Source: the human T2T-CHM13v2.0 reference genome, Homo sapiens
Direction: 5' to 3' (one strand)
Assembly: GCF_009914755.1 (NCBI RefSeq)
Contig: NC_060947.1
Length of the DNA stretch: 64,000 nucleotides
In this document: piece by piece, positions 37,211-52,553 of the stretch
How the letters are laid out: every line of letters starts with the position of its first letter
Position numbering within the stretch: the stretch's first letter is position 1
The notes under the pieces: model-generated
Told to the model about the DNA's origin: nothing
Seen by the model: only the letters and a program-made list of their open reading frames with translations
Database searches by the model: none
Made by a program: the position numbers and the translations under genes

Positions 37211-40168
37211 GAAGGTCATTTCTGATATTTTTTTGTCTTTGTGCATAACTTGTGCTTTTTTGGAAGTAACTTAAAACACAAATACTGTTTAACTATGAGC
37301 TATGAACAGTTACACCTACTGACTTAACGTGTGTTTTCCAGAAGGTTCCATTCCCTTTGAAGTGACTTGCCCAAGGTCACAAAAGCAACTTAGTGGCAGT
37401 CTGAAATGGAATTTAGGTCTGCTTGGTCAGTGTGCTTTTCACTATATTGTCCTGTCACATCTTTCACCACAGTAAAAGGGCTTATGTACATTTTTTTAAA
37501 TCACATGTATAATGATCATATAGCCCAAAATAGTCCAGTGTTAAAACTAGTTTTGGTTATAGATTTGAATGGTAAATACCAAACTAATGTGTGTTAAATA
37601 GTAAAATGGTGACTCTTTTTCAACAAATTAAAGACATAAAAATACTAACTCATTAACTAATTTTCTGAATGAAACTTAAATTTTATAAAGCAATGTTACA
37701 TATGTTATAACATTTACCTTCTTGAATGTTAGGGACGTCTCCTACATGAGGTTTTATGCTACAATTTAAACTTTAAATTTTACGGAAATATCACTATAAT
37801 ACTTTACTGCAACTTAGATCTCTCTTGAATCCAAGAAGTTTGTTTTGCAGAAATACTGTAAGAACAGTTTTATAGTCATCTTAATTTTAGTGGCAGGTCC
37901 CTATGACTTAAGACCCCAAAATACATTAAGGTAAAGTTTTAATGTTCCATAAACAATACCAATCATCCAATTTATGGAACTTATGTTTTGCTTATTTACA
38001 GAAAAATAAATATTTGCCCCATTTCAAATATTTTAAAGGTGTTTGCTCTATTGCTAAAAATGTCTAACACATTAGACTTTTAATAGATTAATGGAATGGA
38101 GTTGTAAACTATTCTTCAGCAAACATACCTTTAAAGGTCATGCTGTTCTCAAAATATAAATTAACAAGTTTGGTTAAGTGCAAGGAAGTAGTATAAAAGC
38201 CAGCAACCTCAGTTATATTTTAGTCTTGTTATATTTGTTTGAATGAAAATTTATCTTACATAGCTATCTTTTTTTCCAAAATGTAAAAGATTTTCCTTGT
38301 GAACAGACAGCATTTGATCTAACATAGTTATTGGTCTATTAATTTTTTTGTGTTCTTTTCTACCAGAGCCATGTATTCCTACTGCATAGTATACATTTTT
38401 AGAGTAAATTCTTTTAAGAAATAATTTGAACGTCTTTAATTTTCAGAGAAAATTTTAGGTGTAGTTTTTTTAATTGCATAACTATTTTGAAACTACTATA
38501 TAGATAAATTTTGAAATTTTAGTAATGTGGTGAAAAAATTCAATGAGAAAGAATATCCTTGATTCAGAAGCTACTGAAGACAAATAAGTAAAGTTGGAAA
38601 CTGTTAAAGGACTAAAAGGGCAGAAAAATTGTCAATATCATTTTCTTATCTCTTCTAGATATAGCTGACTTGATAAACTGATTATTAAAAGTAACAAGTT
38701 CACAATAACTGAAAAACCCAAGTTCATTTTGAACCAAAGATTATGGTTAAAATACCAATGCCAAATTTACCAAAATAATTACATTTTGCATACTGGATAA
38801 TCATTATATATATAGTTGGTACAAATTAATCCTTAGTTATCTATATCTTAGATGTCTACTTCTGTGCCTCTGTGAAGTAGGAGGTAGTCTAATTATTTCC
38901 ATGGTATGAATATAGAAATTGAGACTTGCCTAAATGTACAAAGACAGTAAATGGCCCCATCAGGGATCACACTCACATCTTTTTCACTTCACAGTCCAGA
39001 TTTTTAACCAGAATGCGAAATATAAATGTATTTTTGTTTATATTTTGAAATATCATTTAACTATATTAATAATTACTATGCACATAAACTTTTCAATTTC
39101 TTTTTAGATAAATGTTTCATATTATATCCATTTCTCAGCTTTATTAACTGTGTTAGGAGTGCAGAACACCGTGCCTTGAGGAAACATAAAAGTACATCAG
39201 TTAAACTGAATATTAAGGTTTTTCTTCTTTCTTCTGGACAGCTTAATTGTAGGAGAAATATTCTACCTATAAAATTGCCTGTCGTTAACAATTCAGTTAC
39301 AGCCTGGTGAATGTGAACACACACACTTTAAGTGTCTAATTTAAAACTAGATTTTCTCCTTTGATAATTCTACTTTTGTTGTAGATTATATAATGAGTTT
39401 AAGCAAATTAAAATTATAGATGGTTTGTGATCTTTCTCATCAAAGATGATTGCATTTTTGTTTCACTTGTATTAGAAATTTGACAGATTTGATCTAGAGG
39501 CATGTACAGTTTTGATTTTTAATGGATTTGCTTGGACAATCTCAAGTTAAAATAAGAACTTTCAATTCTAGTCTCTGTTCAGAAATCCTGACTCATAATA
39601 CTGAGATAAATACTGGAGGGATAAAATGTCTCTCAGCATTAAATAACTAAATAACATTTGTTTGAACCGTAAAGGGAGAATTGAGTTTATTTATAATCCA
39701 TCTGCATAATACATCTAGTTGAATCAATCAATTATTTTAACTGATTTTCTTCCAAATTAACTGCTGGTTTTATTTTTATGTGGACATTAGCCTTATTGTC
39801 CAAAAAACTCACTCTATATTTCTACTTAAGACAATTAAAATGCAGCAATTCCTTATTCTTTAATCATATCCTTAGGGTATTTAGTCAGAATGGAATATTA
39901 TGAGTCAAAGATATTGATCAGAAGTCAGTCGAAATTTAAAATATCTTCTCTTGGATTTATTTTCTTCATAACTATTATCATGCAATAATGATGCAAATGC
40001 AGTACAAACAAAAACATAGATGAACACAGATGCATTTGCTTGATAAGTACAGACAAGGAAACAGCATGGTAGAAATTTGCCCAACTAGACTTTCATTCTA
40101 GTAGCTAAGCTTTATGCTTTTTTTCTTAACTTGATATTTTAAAAACTTGAAAAAAAAAAAGAATCAGT

Positions 40169-40365
40169 ATCACTTCTCAGCCTTTTGGCTAAGATAGAGT
40201 GTAGTATCTGTTCCTATCAGTTTAATATCTGATATATCCTCTGTCCGAGGACAATATATTACATGGATTTTTGGAGCAGGGAGATGGAATAGGAGCATGC
40301 TCTGTCCACTCCACACATTGACCTGGTATTGCAGTACCTCCAAGAACGGTGTTCCCCTCGGGGGT
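40169..40365 (+). pseudogene. RNU2-26P: Full-length U2 snRNA retropseudogene with a precursor-like 3' extension
   Basis: Colinear with human U2 from atcacttctcagccttttggctaagat through the GTAGTA branch-recognition sequence, the Sm site (atttttgg) and ggtattgcagtacctcc. Multiple substitutions; no obvious PSE upstream. The symbol is from memory and needs checking. Confidence 0.93.
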
Positions 40366-40382
40366 TAAAACACAGTGTTACA

Positions 40383-40696
<314 letters not shown>

Positions 40697-41719
40697 TTAA
40701 AATATAAGTACACAGATACTTTTACAAATATATGATACACAATGGCCTTCAAAGTGGATCTAGACAAATAGAAATTTGTTTTTAATAATGTTTAGAAATT
40801 ATGTTTCTCTTGCTAATATTCAGTATCTCTTTGTTACTTGAAAATTCTACTTTTCACAGAAAACAACCTATTTTTGTAGGACTTAGGTTGTCTTCCTGCT
40901 GTTAGGATATATTACCACTAGATAGCAGTGAGGTTGTAAGAACTCATTTCTTGTTGGAATGTATTTTACTCAGACGTGGATTATTTCTTCCTTTAATATA
41001 TATAATATACATAATTTCTGAAATTATATAATAAATCATAAAATGTTTATATTCAAAACATACTTTTAGAAATGAAGACTTAGGTCACATTTATTCTGTT
41101 TTCCTTATATCATCAGCTAATACTTAATGAAACCCTACCCTTCACCAGAGATTTTGAATAGCTTATTTTTTACCTACTCCATATTTTCTATTTTCCAGAA
41201 TTATCTCTTGAAAAAACTCATACATGCATAATTGAAATTAAAATTTTAGGATATTCCACAAAGTTGAATAGAGGTTTTAACTAAATCCATGACCTCCTAA
41301 ACACAAATCTTTTTTTTCACTGACATTAAAAAAAGTGTATCTATAGATAAAATTTCTATTATCCTTCAATTAATAATAAATCACAAACATACCTAATTCT
41401 GTTAAGTAAAAGACCACATGTCTATTGAGGAATTGTACTAGGCTCACAAGAGTGAGTGTGAGATGATTACTAAGAGACTGTTTGCTATGAACAGTAAAAC
41501 ACATTTTTTTGGTATAATGTGATATATGATATAAATGAGCTTGATAAGGTTGTTTAAAGATTCACAAAAGAAAGTAGATTTCTGGCCTTTCACTTGATTT
41601 ACTATGAATTTCTGCAAAACTACTGAGTTTCCTGGTTGTGAAATAAAAATAATGACTCTTTAACAACTTGTCTGACTGTGCAAGTGAGTGATAAAACTTG
41701 AATAAAAATGTATTATTCA

Positions 41720-42193
<474 letters not shown>

Positions 42194-42927
42194 TCACACT
42201 CTTCCATTTTCTCTCCACTTTCTCTTTTCCTTCTACTCTCTTTTTTCCTTCTTCCATTGAATTTTCACTACTCTTTCTTCATAAAGTAAGTTGTTGAAAG
42301 ATTAAATATTTTACTGCAGTTCACTCTGTTTTCTACTTCCATTCTTCTACAAGTAGGCATCTATGTCAAAAAATAATCAGTTTGAAAATCTCCTTTATTA
42401 TTCTGTTTTTAAGCATCTCTTTGTCTAAAAGTAAAAACAAAACGTACAATTAGGAATATGTGCTTTGGCTCTTTAAGGCAACTGCTTGCCCCATACTCTG
42501 ACTTTAGCCCTCAATTGTCTTGGAGATGCACAGTAAAAGGATATATGCCTAGGAGAATAAGGCTTTGATGTACTGTATATCTAAATGTTGTCTGACAAAA
42601 TTAACACAGAAAACTATGGATATTTTTTCTTAGCGTTTGGAACAAACATGATACATAATAGATTATTTTGCTGTAATTAAAATGATTTTCTATGTCTAAC
42701 TTAATGTTCATGTACCTAGTTTTGGTTGTTTCCATTTAGCAGGTGAGGTAGCAATTGCTTTCTTTTGAAAATTTAGACCCTTTCTACTGCTATCATTGAC
42801 TTTGGAAAAAAGGCAAAACCAAAGGCAAATTAACCCTATAATAAATATATTCAGTTGATCATTCATGTTAAGATACTTGATGGCTTACATTTAATATTAG
42901 GGATATTTATTTTACATTCAAAAGTTA

Positions 42928-43296
<369 letters not shown>

Positions 43297-45020
43297 TCAA
43301 GTAAAATGATTTAAATAAGAAGGGAAGTTACTTATTCAACTCAAAAGAATTTAAAAGGAAACATAAAGGATTTTAAACAGCAGTATTCATTTTCTGCCTT
43401 TGTTAGTCAACAAAAAAGAGGGTCTTGAGTCATAATGCAGACAAAAGGTAACATCGGCTGCATATTGTGCCTGAATAATGGAGATTTCTTCAACAGAAAC
43501 TGTTTGAAAAACATTTGCACGGAAGTAGTAGATTGCCTTTGATTATATTCAAGGGGAAGGAAATAGCCAAGCATGATTTTCCAGAATAAAGTAAACTTTT
43601 CTTTCATTAGTGAAAGTTATATTTTTGGAGTGATATAAACACTTTAAAACACTTTATACACAAAGTGAATTCATATAGATAAATTACATATTTTAAAACT
43701 AGAAATATTTTCACATTAAAGCTGAAATTATACATGATATGAATGCAGTATTAATTACTAATGATTTGTTTTGCAGAAAGATTCTTCATTGTGTAAATGA
43801 ATTCATCATAGACTCCAAATATCAAGCTCTCAGAATGTATTAAAAATGGCATTTGTTATCAGTCCTCCAGGTGTTACATATGACTCCCAGTCACACTTAG
43901 ATGACAGTATATGTGAAAGATGCTTAGGAGAGGCAAGAGTCTGAAAGGCCAACATATATTAAATAACTTTATTTAAATGAAACAATAAAATCCTGACTGA
44001 TTTGAAAGTACGCTGATGCATTATCAATGCACTTTCTTGAAGAATTGGTCTCGAGAGAAAATGCTTCACTGAAATAATTCAGGAAACTGCCCTTACGGCA
44101 AGTGGGGCAGATACTCTTCCTGTCCTTCATAGCGTTCTATATGTTTAAGGAGCAATGCTGACAATCATACACATGCATCTGCATGCACACATTAGGAAAG
44201 ATGGAGTAACATGTCTATCTAAGTTGTTGTTGGCAATCTGTGTTCCCCCTCAGGGGAAATCTTTCAAATTAAATTTGGGCAATTTTCTTTATGTAGATAC
44301 TAGAAAAGGATTCTCTCTCAGCTCATATTTGTGTGTCTTTTGTCATTTTTTCTTCACAGTTACGGTTACCTATGCTAGTACAGTATGCTGCACATAATTT
44401 AGATCAATTAATTCTGTTGACTAAAATACACCTTTTTGGATCCCCTGTTTCCTGCTTCTCACCACCACACGTTGTCTTGTCTGCTGTGCTTTTAACAGCT
44501 CTCAAATAAGAAATTTATCTTTGCATATTTAAACATCCTACTCCTCACCCCATATTAAAGTTACATTATTAAGAAGGCCCACACATTCTGATAATTTCCA
44601 TATATTTATTAATGCCCACCTGCATGAAATAATTTTTCCTGCACACTTAGTTTTGTGCTTTTCCCAGATATTTGGAATAAATCTTTACTTATTGATGTAG
44701 TGATTTGTATGGAGAATTGCATATTAGTGGAAAGTCTGACTAAATATCTATATAGAATATATGAAGTCGGACTACATGAAATTTCTATTTTTCAGGTCAA
44801 AATTGGTTAAATATCAGTAATTTTATCTATTTCAACCAGTAAACAAAGGTCACAGTTCAGATGTACTGAAACAGAGAAAATCATAATTATCAGTGGAACT
44901 ATCTTCTGAATTTCTCCTCACATCTGCAGATTTGTCCGGACAATTACTTAGTCTTAAGTAAAAATTAGTGTTGGAGAAGTCTTTATGAATAATGCATACT
45001 TCTGGAGGAAGTGAGATTTG

Positions 45021-45053
45021 ATCACTTCTCAGCCTTTTGGCTAAGATCAAATG
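45021..45053 (+). pseudogene. 3'-truncated (tailless) U2 snRNA retrocopy, about the first 30-33 nt
   Basis: atcacttctcagccttttggctaagatcaa equals U2 nt 1-30 with two CpG-type changes; no poly(A). Confidence 0.88.
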
Positions 45054-45589
45054 AAAGTCAGTTTATAAAGTTGAGACTTCCGATTTAATGTTAATATGAG
45101 TTCCTGAAAAATGAAACACAGTTCTATTAATGCCTCAGTACAAATTACCCAATTATGCAACATAAATTTCAATGAAATGTAGCATCAAGTAAATCTATTT
45201 TCCTATTCAATTACTTATTGAATGAATAGGCATTTTTCTAATAAGATAGGCATTTGGATCAAATGTTAGCATTTTTTGTTTCTGCAGATTTATTGTGTCT
45301 GCAATTTAATATGGATTATAGAAACATACGGAATGAAGCCTCCGTATAATTGTTTATCCCATTATCAGAAATTTTGCAAAATTTGATTCCTGAGAAAAAG
45401 GTAAATTAAAGCCATTTGCCATCAGTTATCTTTTTCATTTTTTTTTCTAAACTCGGATTTCAAACAGAAGAGCTCTTTTTTGGGTGATGTCCTTAATAAT
45501 TACAATCTAGATTCTGATTCCAAAACTTTACTAAGTTTTATTTATGTTAGTGTAAGTGAAAAATAAACATATTTTGTATTGTTTAAAGT

Positions 45590-45830
45590 CTGTGTAGTAG
45601 CTAAGGGCTTAAGCTTTCGACTCATATAAATCTTCTTTCAAATTTTAGTTGTATACCTTAATAGGTCTGTGACCTTGGGCAAGTTATTGAAACTTTTAGA
45701 GTCTCAATTCCCTCATATGTAAACGGAAGTCACAATAACAGTGCATATATCATAAGACTGCTGTATTAAATGCACTTAGCACAGTTCTTGGCATGTAATA
45801 AGAATTCAATAAATGGTAGCTACTATTATT
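45590..45830 (+). mobile_element. MIR
   Basis: ctgtgaccttgggcaagttattgaaacttttagagtctcaattccctcatatgtaaacgg...cacttagcacagttcttggcatgtaataagaattcaataaatggtagctactattatt. Confidence 0.85.
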
Positions 45831-47608
45831 CTAATAACTGATTACATTCTTTGGAAATTGTATTAAGATGACCCCAGCTGCTTAGTGAATCACTGTATTT
45901 GTCAGCATAGTAATTTGCAGAAACATGGATCTGTATTTCCTTTATATATATTTTTAATAGGATTAGGACTTGCAGGAGTTTGCTAGTGTGTATATGATCT
46001 TGGCAGCAGGAATCCAAATAGCCTGAGTAGAAAACTGAATTTTCCCACATTTTTTCAATCACATAGGGATAGAGATAATCCCCACTGTTGGCTAAATTGT
46101 GGAAGTTTTACGCTTCTTGTATTGGTGGGTTGCTGGCAACAGTAGTCTACAAATAAAGAATATTGTTTCTTAATAGCTTAAGCAATGTTAACATGATACA
46201 TTCTCTCTTTTTACCAAAAAGTCTTTTCAAACTCTTAGCAAAATTAAACATTTTAAAAAATCATCGAGTTAATTAAAAGAATATTGTATCCTTAAAATAT
46301 GCCATTTTAATGGAAATTTTTTTTGGTCAGTGAGAATATGATTTATTTACAATAATGCCACAAAATATGAAGTGGCAGTTTTATATTTCAAGTGGTTCTG
46401 GTCATTTTTAATTAACCGGAGAGGAAGTGAGAAAAAAATAAAGACTGTTTAAAATATAATTAATTAGATTAAAATTTTAACTTTTGTTTATACAGTCTTT
46501 AGTAATGTATTTATTGGCTTTTCTGAGGAATCTGGTATTTCTGAGGAAATTCTATTTTTAAATACATGCTACTTTAAATAAATGTTACTTCATCATTTGC
46601 AAATGACTATTCAATCAACATGTATAAAAGTTGTGGATTTCTTTGCTTTTATGACAAAAGTGGTATTGTATTTTTAAACTGATCACTTTATTAGGTCAGA
46701 GAGGGTATAGTTCAAAGTGTAATTATTTATTGTTAAATTGTATATTTACAAACATTTTAGTTTTGAACCATTAGATATTTATGTAATTTAAATATGAAAG
46801 TTTAAAAATGGTTCATATAATAATAGGCATGTGATAAAATGTCATGATAAAAGACAGCCAAATAAATATTATTTCATCCTACTTAGAAAGAATAATTTTC
46901 CAGAGGAACTTTACTCAGTTTTAGAGAGAAATCCAAGAATAGTGTTCTTCTTTCATTTTTCAACATGATATAATCAGAGAATTTGGAAAACTGGTAAATA
47001 TAACCTATAGTAAAATGGTCAGGAAAAATACTCATTTCCATTTATGATAACTGAAGTGACAAAAAGACTCCTAGAAGTTACATTTTCCCTTTGTGGTATA
47101 TTAAAGAACAATGAATATACCACACTTTATTCTAAAAAGGACTTTTTTTGTGAATGTAAAGGATAATGATCAGATTTAAGTTTCTTTCTACAACCACTTC
47201 TAATTCTATTCACGTGATCTATTTAAAAATTCCTTACTTCAACATATTTAAATGTAGTAGCCATTTTGAAACATTTTAGTCCCTCAAGATACAGAAATAT
47301 ACAAAAAAACATACAAGTTTCAGATCCAGAATTCAGTTTCTCCCTAAAGGGAAATTCATCATCCAATCTTCTGGCGTTCTTTAAACTAGACACTAGACCC
47401 TTTTCATCTAGATATTGCATATCTCATATATATTATACATGCATACATGTATGTGTATGCGTGTATTTTTAAAATCAGTATTTGTAGTAACATATCAAAA
47501 AGGAATTTCTAATATTCCAAGGTTCTAATGTTAGAATAGAAACATATTCACAATAGTGTTTACCAGTTTCATATATTTAGAGTAGTTTCACACTAAAATG
47601 AGTGATTA

Positions 47609-47910
47609 GGCTAGGCACGGTGGCTCATACCTGTAATCCTCGTACTTTGGGAGGCCAAAGCAGGGGGGCTTGCTTGAGCTCAGGAGTTCCAGACCAGCCT
47701 GGGGAACATAGTGAGACCCTGTCTCTACAAAAAACATTTTTTTTTTTTAAAATTAGCTCCTCACAGTGACACGTGCACCTATAATTCCAGCTACAGGGGA
47801 AACTGAAGTGGGAGTATGACTTGAGCTGAGGAGTTAGAGGCTTCAGTGAGCCATGGTGGCACCACTGCACTCTATCCTGGGTGGCAGAGTGAGAGCCTGT
47901 TGCAAATTAA
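47609..47910 (+). mobile_element. AluJ
   Basis: gcttgagctcaggagttccagaccagcctggggaacatagtgagaccc. TSD aaaatgagtgatta / aaaataagtgatta. Confidence 0.93.
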
Positions 47911-49134
47911 AATAAGTGATTAGGACAAAAAAGATATAGGGCAAAATAAATAGAATGCTTACCCACCTCAAATAAAAAGAAAATAATATTTGTTAATATG
48001 AAGGTGATACTGGATAAGTGAAGTGCCTAGGACTTTTTTCTTAAATAATCTAGTATATTTTATGTGAATAAGGGACTATAAAGTAGGGAGATCAGCAGGA
48101 CTGTAAAAGTGGGTGTGGGAGAAGAAAGTTTGCTAGTCAAACTTGGTTTAAATTGACTGCCTTTGTAATAGCATGTGGCTGAATGTTTTGATCTATTTAT
48201 AATGAATATTTTAAGGATTTGCTAATTTTTGAAAATTGGCAAGAAATACTCATTTTTTTCCTGTCTTGAGGTATGCCAAAAATAAAACTTGCTAGAATAA
48301 AAAAAAATGAAAGTGAAGGAATGTCTTGTGTGTGCTAAAACACCTCCACTTAAAGAGTTTGATATCCACTAGAAAATGTTGTTTCTTTAAAAAGGGGACA
48401 AAGGGCATTTGATGCTTCTCACCTTTCACGGTTGTGACAATTCTCTTAGACATCTTAAATTCTCTAAGTGGAGATTTCTTATATTCTTCACAGTACACCT
48501 GTTTAAAAATTGTAGTCCACAGAAATCTGAAACTACAAAAGAAACTTTTCTCAAGATGATAACTCACAAGGAGTGTAAATTACAGTTACTTCATTTGTGG
48601 GAGTTTTCCTATCACTTTTCAATTAATAAGACACCCTGGTTATGGGAATTTTAGTCTCACTGAAAAACTCAATTTTTCTATGCAAATTAAATTTGCGTAT
48701 GCAGGTTACAATTTGAGTTTAAGCTTAGGCCTACGCTGATGGAGGGATAACAGGCAAACTGGAATGTGGTACTTGACCATACTTAGTCAGTGCAGGAAAA
48801 ACAACAAAAAAATCTTCAGAAACTTTCTTACCATTGACAGGGGCTAGTGTCGATATTCCTTGTGGTTTTCCCTTATTGACTGTATCTACGCCATCACATA
48901 GCAAAATGTACACAACAGCAGAAAGTAGACATTTTACTCATAGTTTCCGCAAAATCTGAATAAAGATAAAGTTTTTCTACTATAAATAATGCCAAAGATG
49001 TGGTCTTATAGATGTATGCATTCTAAGGATCAGGGAAAGGCTGTGAAATAAAACTCTAAGTTGAACAAAATTCAAGTAGTTTATCTTTTAACAGAAATAT
49101 CTCCATAAACCATATCGATATAAAGGTGAACAGG

Positions 49135-49445
49135 GGTTGGACACAGTGGCTGAAAGCCCATAATTCCAGTGTTTTGGGAGGCCAAAATGGGAGGATGGCT
49201 TGAGAATAGGAGTTGGAGACCAGCCTGGGCAACATAGAAAGACCTCATCTCTACAAAAAAAAAAAAAAAAAAAAAAAAATTAGCCAGGTCTGTTCATGTG
49301 TGCCTGTAGTCCTAGTCGGGAGGCTGAGGTAGGAGGATTGGTCAAGCCCCGGAGTTGGAGGCTGTAGTGAGCTATGATCATGCCACTGCACTTCAACCGG
49401 GGTGACAAAGCGAAAACCGTGTCTCTAAAAAAATTAAAAATAAAT
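49135..49445 (+). mobile_element. AluJ with an expanded middle A-tract
   Basis: Diverged dimer. TSD ataaaggtgaacagg / ataaaggtcaacagg. Confidence 0.92.
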
Positions 49446-49536
49446 AAAGGTCAACAGGAAGAATCAATAACTAAGGCAGCAACTGGAATTGACAAATTAA
49501 TATCAATAAGCTTGAATCAACTAATGAGGATGGTTT

Positions 49537-49579
49537 TGTGTGTGTGTGTCTGTGAGGGGGAGAGAGAGAGAGAGAGAGA
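49537..49579. repeat. (TG)n-(GA)n compound microsatellite
   Basis: tgtgtgtgtgtgtctgtgagggggagagagagagagagagaga. Confidence 0.9.
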
Positions 49580-50294
49580 AATATTGGTGAAGTAGTATTT
49601 TAATTCACCCACCAACATTCTATTGGGTGGCCAAATTCATAGAGGTATTTTATTAGAATCAGAAATTTCAGAATTTTAGAATCTATGTGTTAGCAAACTG
49701 TGTATTCATAGGTTCAAAAGAGGTTCATGACCTCTTGTTCCTCATAAATCATTCTAGGAGGAAAAAAATACTAACATAGCTGTAGCCCCTAAGTCATGAA
49801 GTGCATCTGACTGATTCACAAAATGTTAAATATAAAGGGTTACAGTTTTTCAATTAAAAATTTTTTATGATAAACATTAATGGGAAAAAACACTTATTTC
49901 AATAAAATTTATGGAATTCATTATTACTTTCAAAGAAATAACACCCTTATCTGTTAGCTCTGTCGATCCAGGGATGAAGGTTCAGCTAGAAAAATAACTT
50001 TAACCCATTATTGGACTGGTCTTTATTAAAGGCAGAGATATAACCCTAACTATCTCCCACTCTTCTGATTATGTATTTGTATTAAATACCTGATTATTTA
50101 TTTAAAATTTATTTACTCAAACTATGGAAACATTATTCAATTCTTCCTTTGTTTGCAAAGAAAGATTTTCTGGTCAAAATAATAAACATTAATCCACAGA
50201 GGCAAAGCAAAAATAACAAAGATCTCTGTAGATAATATTAACTTTTATTCAAATTTCACAGTTGTTAATAAATGTATATTCAAAAGGAATGTGT

Positions 50295-50663
<369 letters not shown>

Positions 50664-51149
50664 CTATCCACATCACATTATGAGGATATCTACTTTCTCA
50701 AAGTATTTTGATCTTTGCTTCTAGATTAATAAAAAATGTAATAGTGGCTGAAGTATTTAAGGCACTCCCCTGGGACATGAAAAAAAATAATAAAATTTAG
50801 GTTATCTGGCACTGCCCAAATAATTGTATACAGAAAGTAAGAGAAAATTCATGTATGTTTGTGTTTATCTGCACTTACGGTAGCTGTCCTAAACTTTAGT
50901 CTTTAAATATAGAAGCCAATATGGAAGGTTAAATAGATGATTAATGCTCATCCTTTACTAGAAGTCTCTTTAAGCATATCTTATTTCCACGTTGATCATA
51001 TTTATCTTTAGTAAAATTATAATTAACGTATAAGGTTTGTTTAATGGCTACAATTTCAGCTCATTTGTAATTAAAGTTTATCGCAAATAACTTTTATAAT
51101 TAAGTAACTTATAAAATCTCAGATTAAAGTAAATTATATTACTTAGTCT

Positions 51150-51600
51150 CAACATTTTCTTATAAAACATATTCTTCTTCTGTCTTTGCCTTATCTGTTC
51201 TTGGCACTAACTTCTTCAGTCATTCACACTTCAAAAGCTTTGGACTATTTCCTCTTCCTTATACCCACATTCCAGATTAAACTTTAGACTTTTTTATCTT
51301 GCAATCTCTTACTCTTCCAATCTTTCTTCCTACATCTTCCAGCTATTTATCAAAAACATTTAAAGAGCTACTTCTTTCATGAACCTCTTCTTAATTCCGT
51401 TACCTCAAAGTATTCACATTCTTCGGTACTATCATATCACTTTGCTCTGTCCTTTGTCACTTAGCCTATTTAGTATAATATTTATCTTCTACAAATCTTG
51501 TGTTATCTCCCCCACTACATAAACTTAACATGTGCTTTATACACAGAGGGTGCTTAAAAAGTACAGATCAACTGGATGGATGAATGGATGGAAGAGGATG
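51150..51600 (+). mobile_element. Degraded L2 3' region; supplies the exon 2 acceptor
   Basis: Pyrimidine-rich L2-like body ending cttaacatgtgctttatacacagagggtgcttaaaaagta...ggatggatgaatggatgga (compare the L2 end cacatagtaggtgctcaataaat...tgaatgaa). Confidence 0.55.
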
Positions 51601-51715
51601 GAATATCTTAACAAAACACATTTTCCTTAAGTAAATTCATGCATACTCCAAATAAAATACAGAATGTGAAGTATCTCTGAACTGTGCTGTTGAATATGGT
51701 AGCTACTAGCTACAT
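51547..51715 (+). other. PCDH11X: PCDH11X exon 2 (5'UTR, 169 nt, probably alternative)
   Basis: Acceptor tacacag|agggtg and donor tacat|gtgagt. I recall this sequence from PCDH11X/Y mRNA leaders. Confidence 0.7.
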
Positions 51716-51884
51716 GTGAGTATTTAAATTTTAATTTATTAAATTAAATTAAGAATTTAATTCCTCAGTCGCACTAGCCACATTTCAAGTGGTTAATAGG
51801 CACAAGCGGCTACCATATTGGACCATGCAGATTATTTTAATAAAATATTTTTATCATTGCAGAAAGTTCTATTGGATAGTACTG
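51682..51884. mobile_element. MER3 (hAT-Charlie); supplies the exon 2 donor
   Basis: ctgtgctgttgaatatggtagctactagctacatgtg...gcactagccacatttcaagtg...gcagaaagttctattggatagtactg. Confidence 0.82.
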
Positions 51885-52553
51885 CTCTAGAAATTTTTGC
51901 TGGAGGAATGGATGAGAGAAACACGTCTATGGAATTCGAGGGAGATCATAATAACAAATAATAAGGCATAGGATTACCACTTCCCATATAAAAAGTATGA
52001 TTCATAGCCATTTATAATACAAGCAATTACCCCTCAAAGTTGAAGATTTATATTAGTATCATTATTATCACTTTTCATTTAATCCATACTTTTTGCAACA
52101 TCGATAATATAAAACTCAAAATAATTCATGTAGGTAGGAAGATGTCATATTTTCCACATAAATATGCATTAAATGCTTTAACAAGTCTGGCTTAATTAGA
52201 ATAAGAATACAACAGACTAGGCTGGCTTTTCAAAAATTTTAATAGCTTATTCCCTGTTAAAGCTAAGAAATACCTTCCAGTATACCCTACCTCCCAAAGT
52301 ATCAGGGATTTTTTGTTTTTTAATCCAAGAGAGATTTATGAGATCATAAAACACAATCTTTATGTTCTTTGCTTCCCTTTTCCCAAAATCTAAAATTATT
52401 CAGAAATATTTAACCTATTCTTGATTTGTAGCCATTACAGCTAATTGGAGGATCCTGCCATAAAATGATGGCCCTCTGTCATGTGTTGCCTACTTGTTTA
52501 ATTTAGATTTGTGGTTTCTTGAAAGCCAACTGAAAGTGTTTTACCCCTCATAG

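Noticed and set aside
40169-40365. Functional U2 snRNA gene
   Set aside because: Substitutions in the U6-pairing 5' region, no visible PSE/DSE, an Alu in place of a 3' box, and a TSD indicating retroposition.
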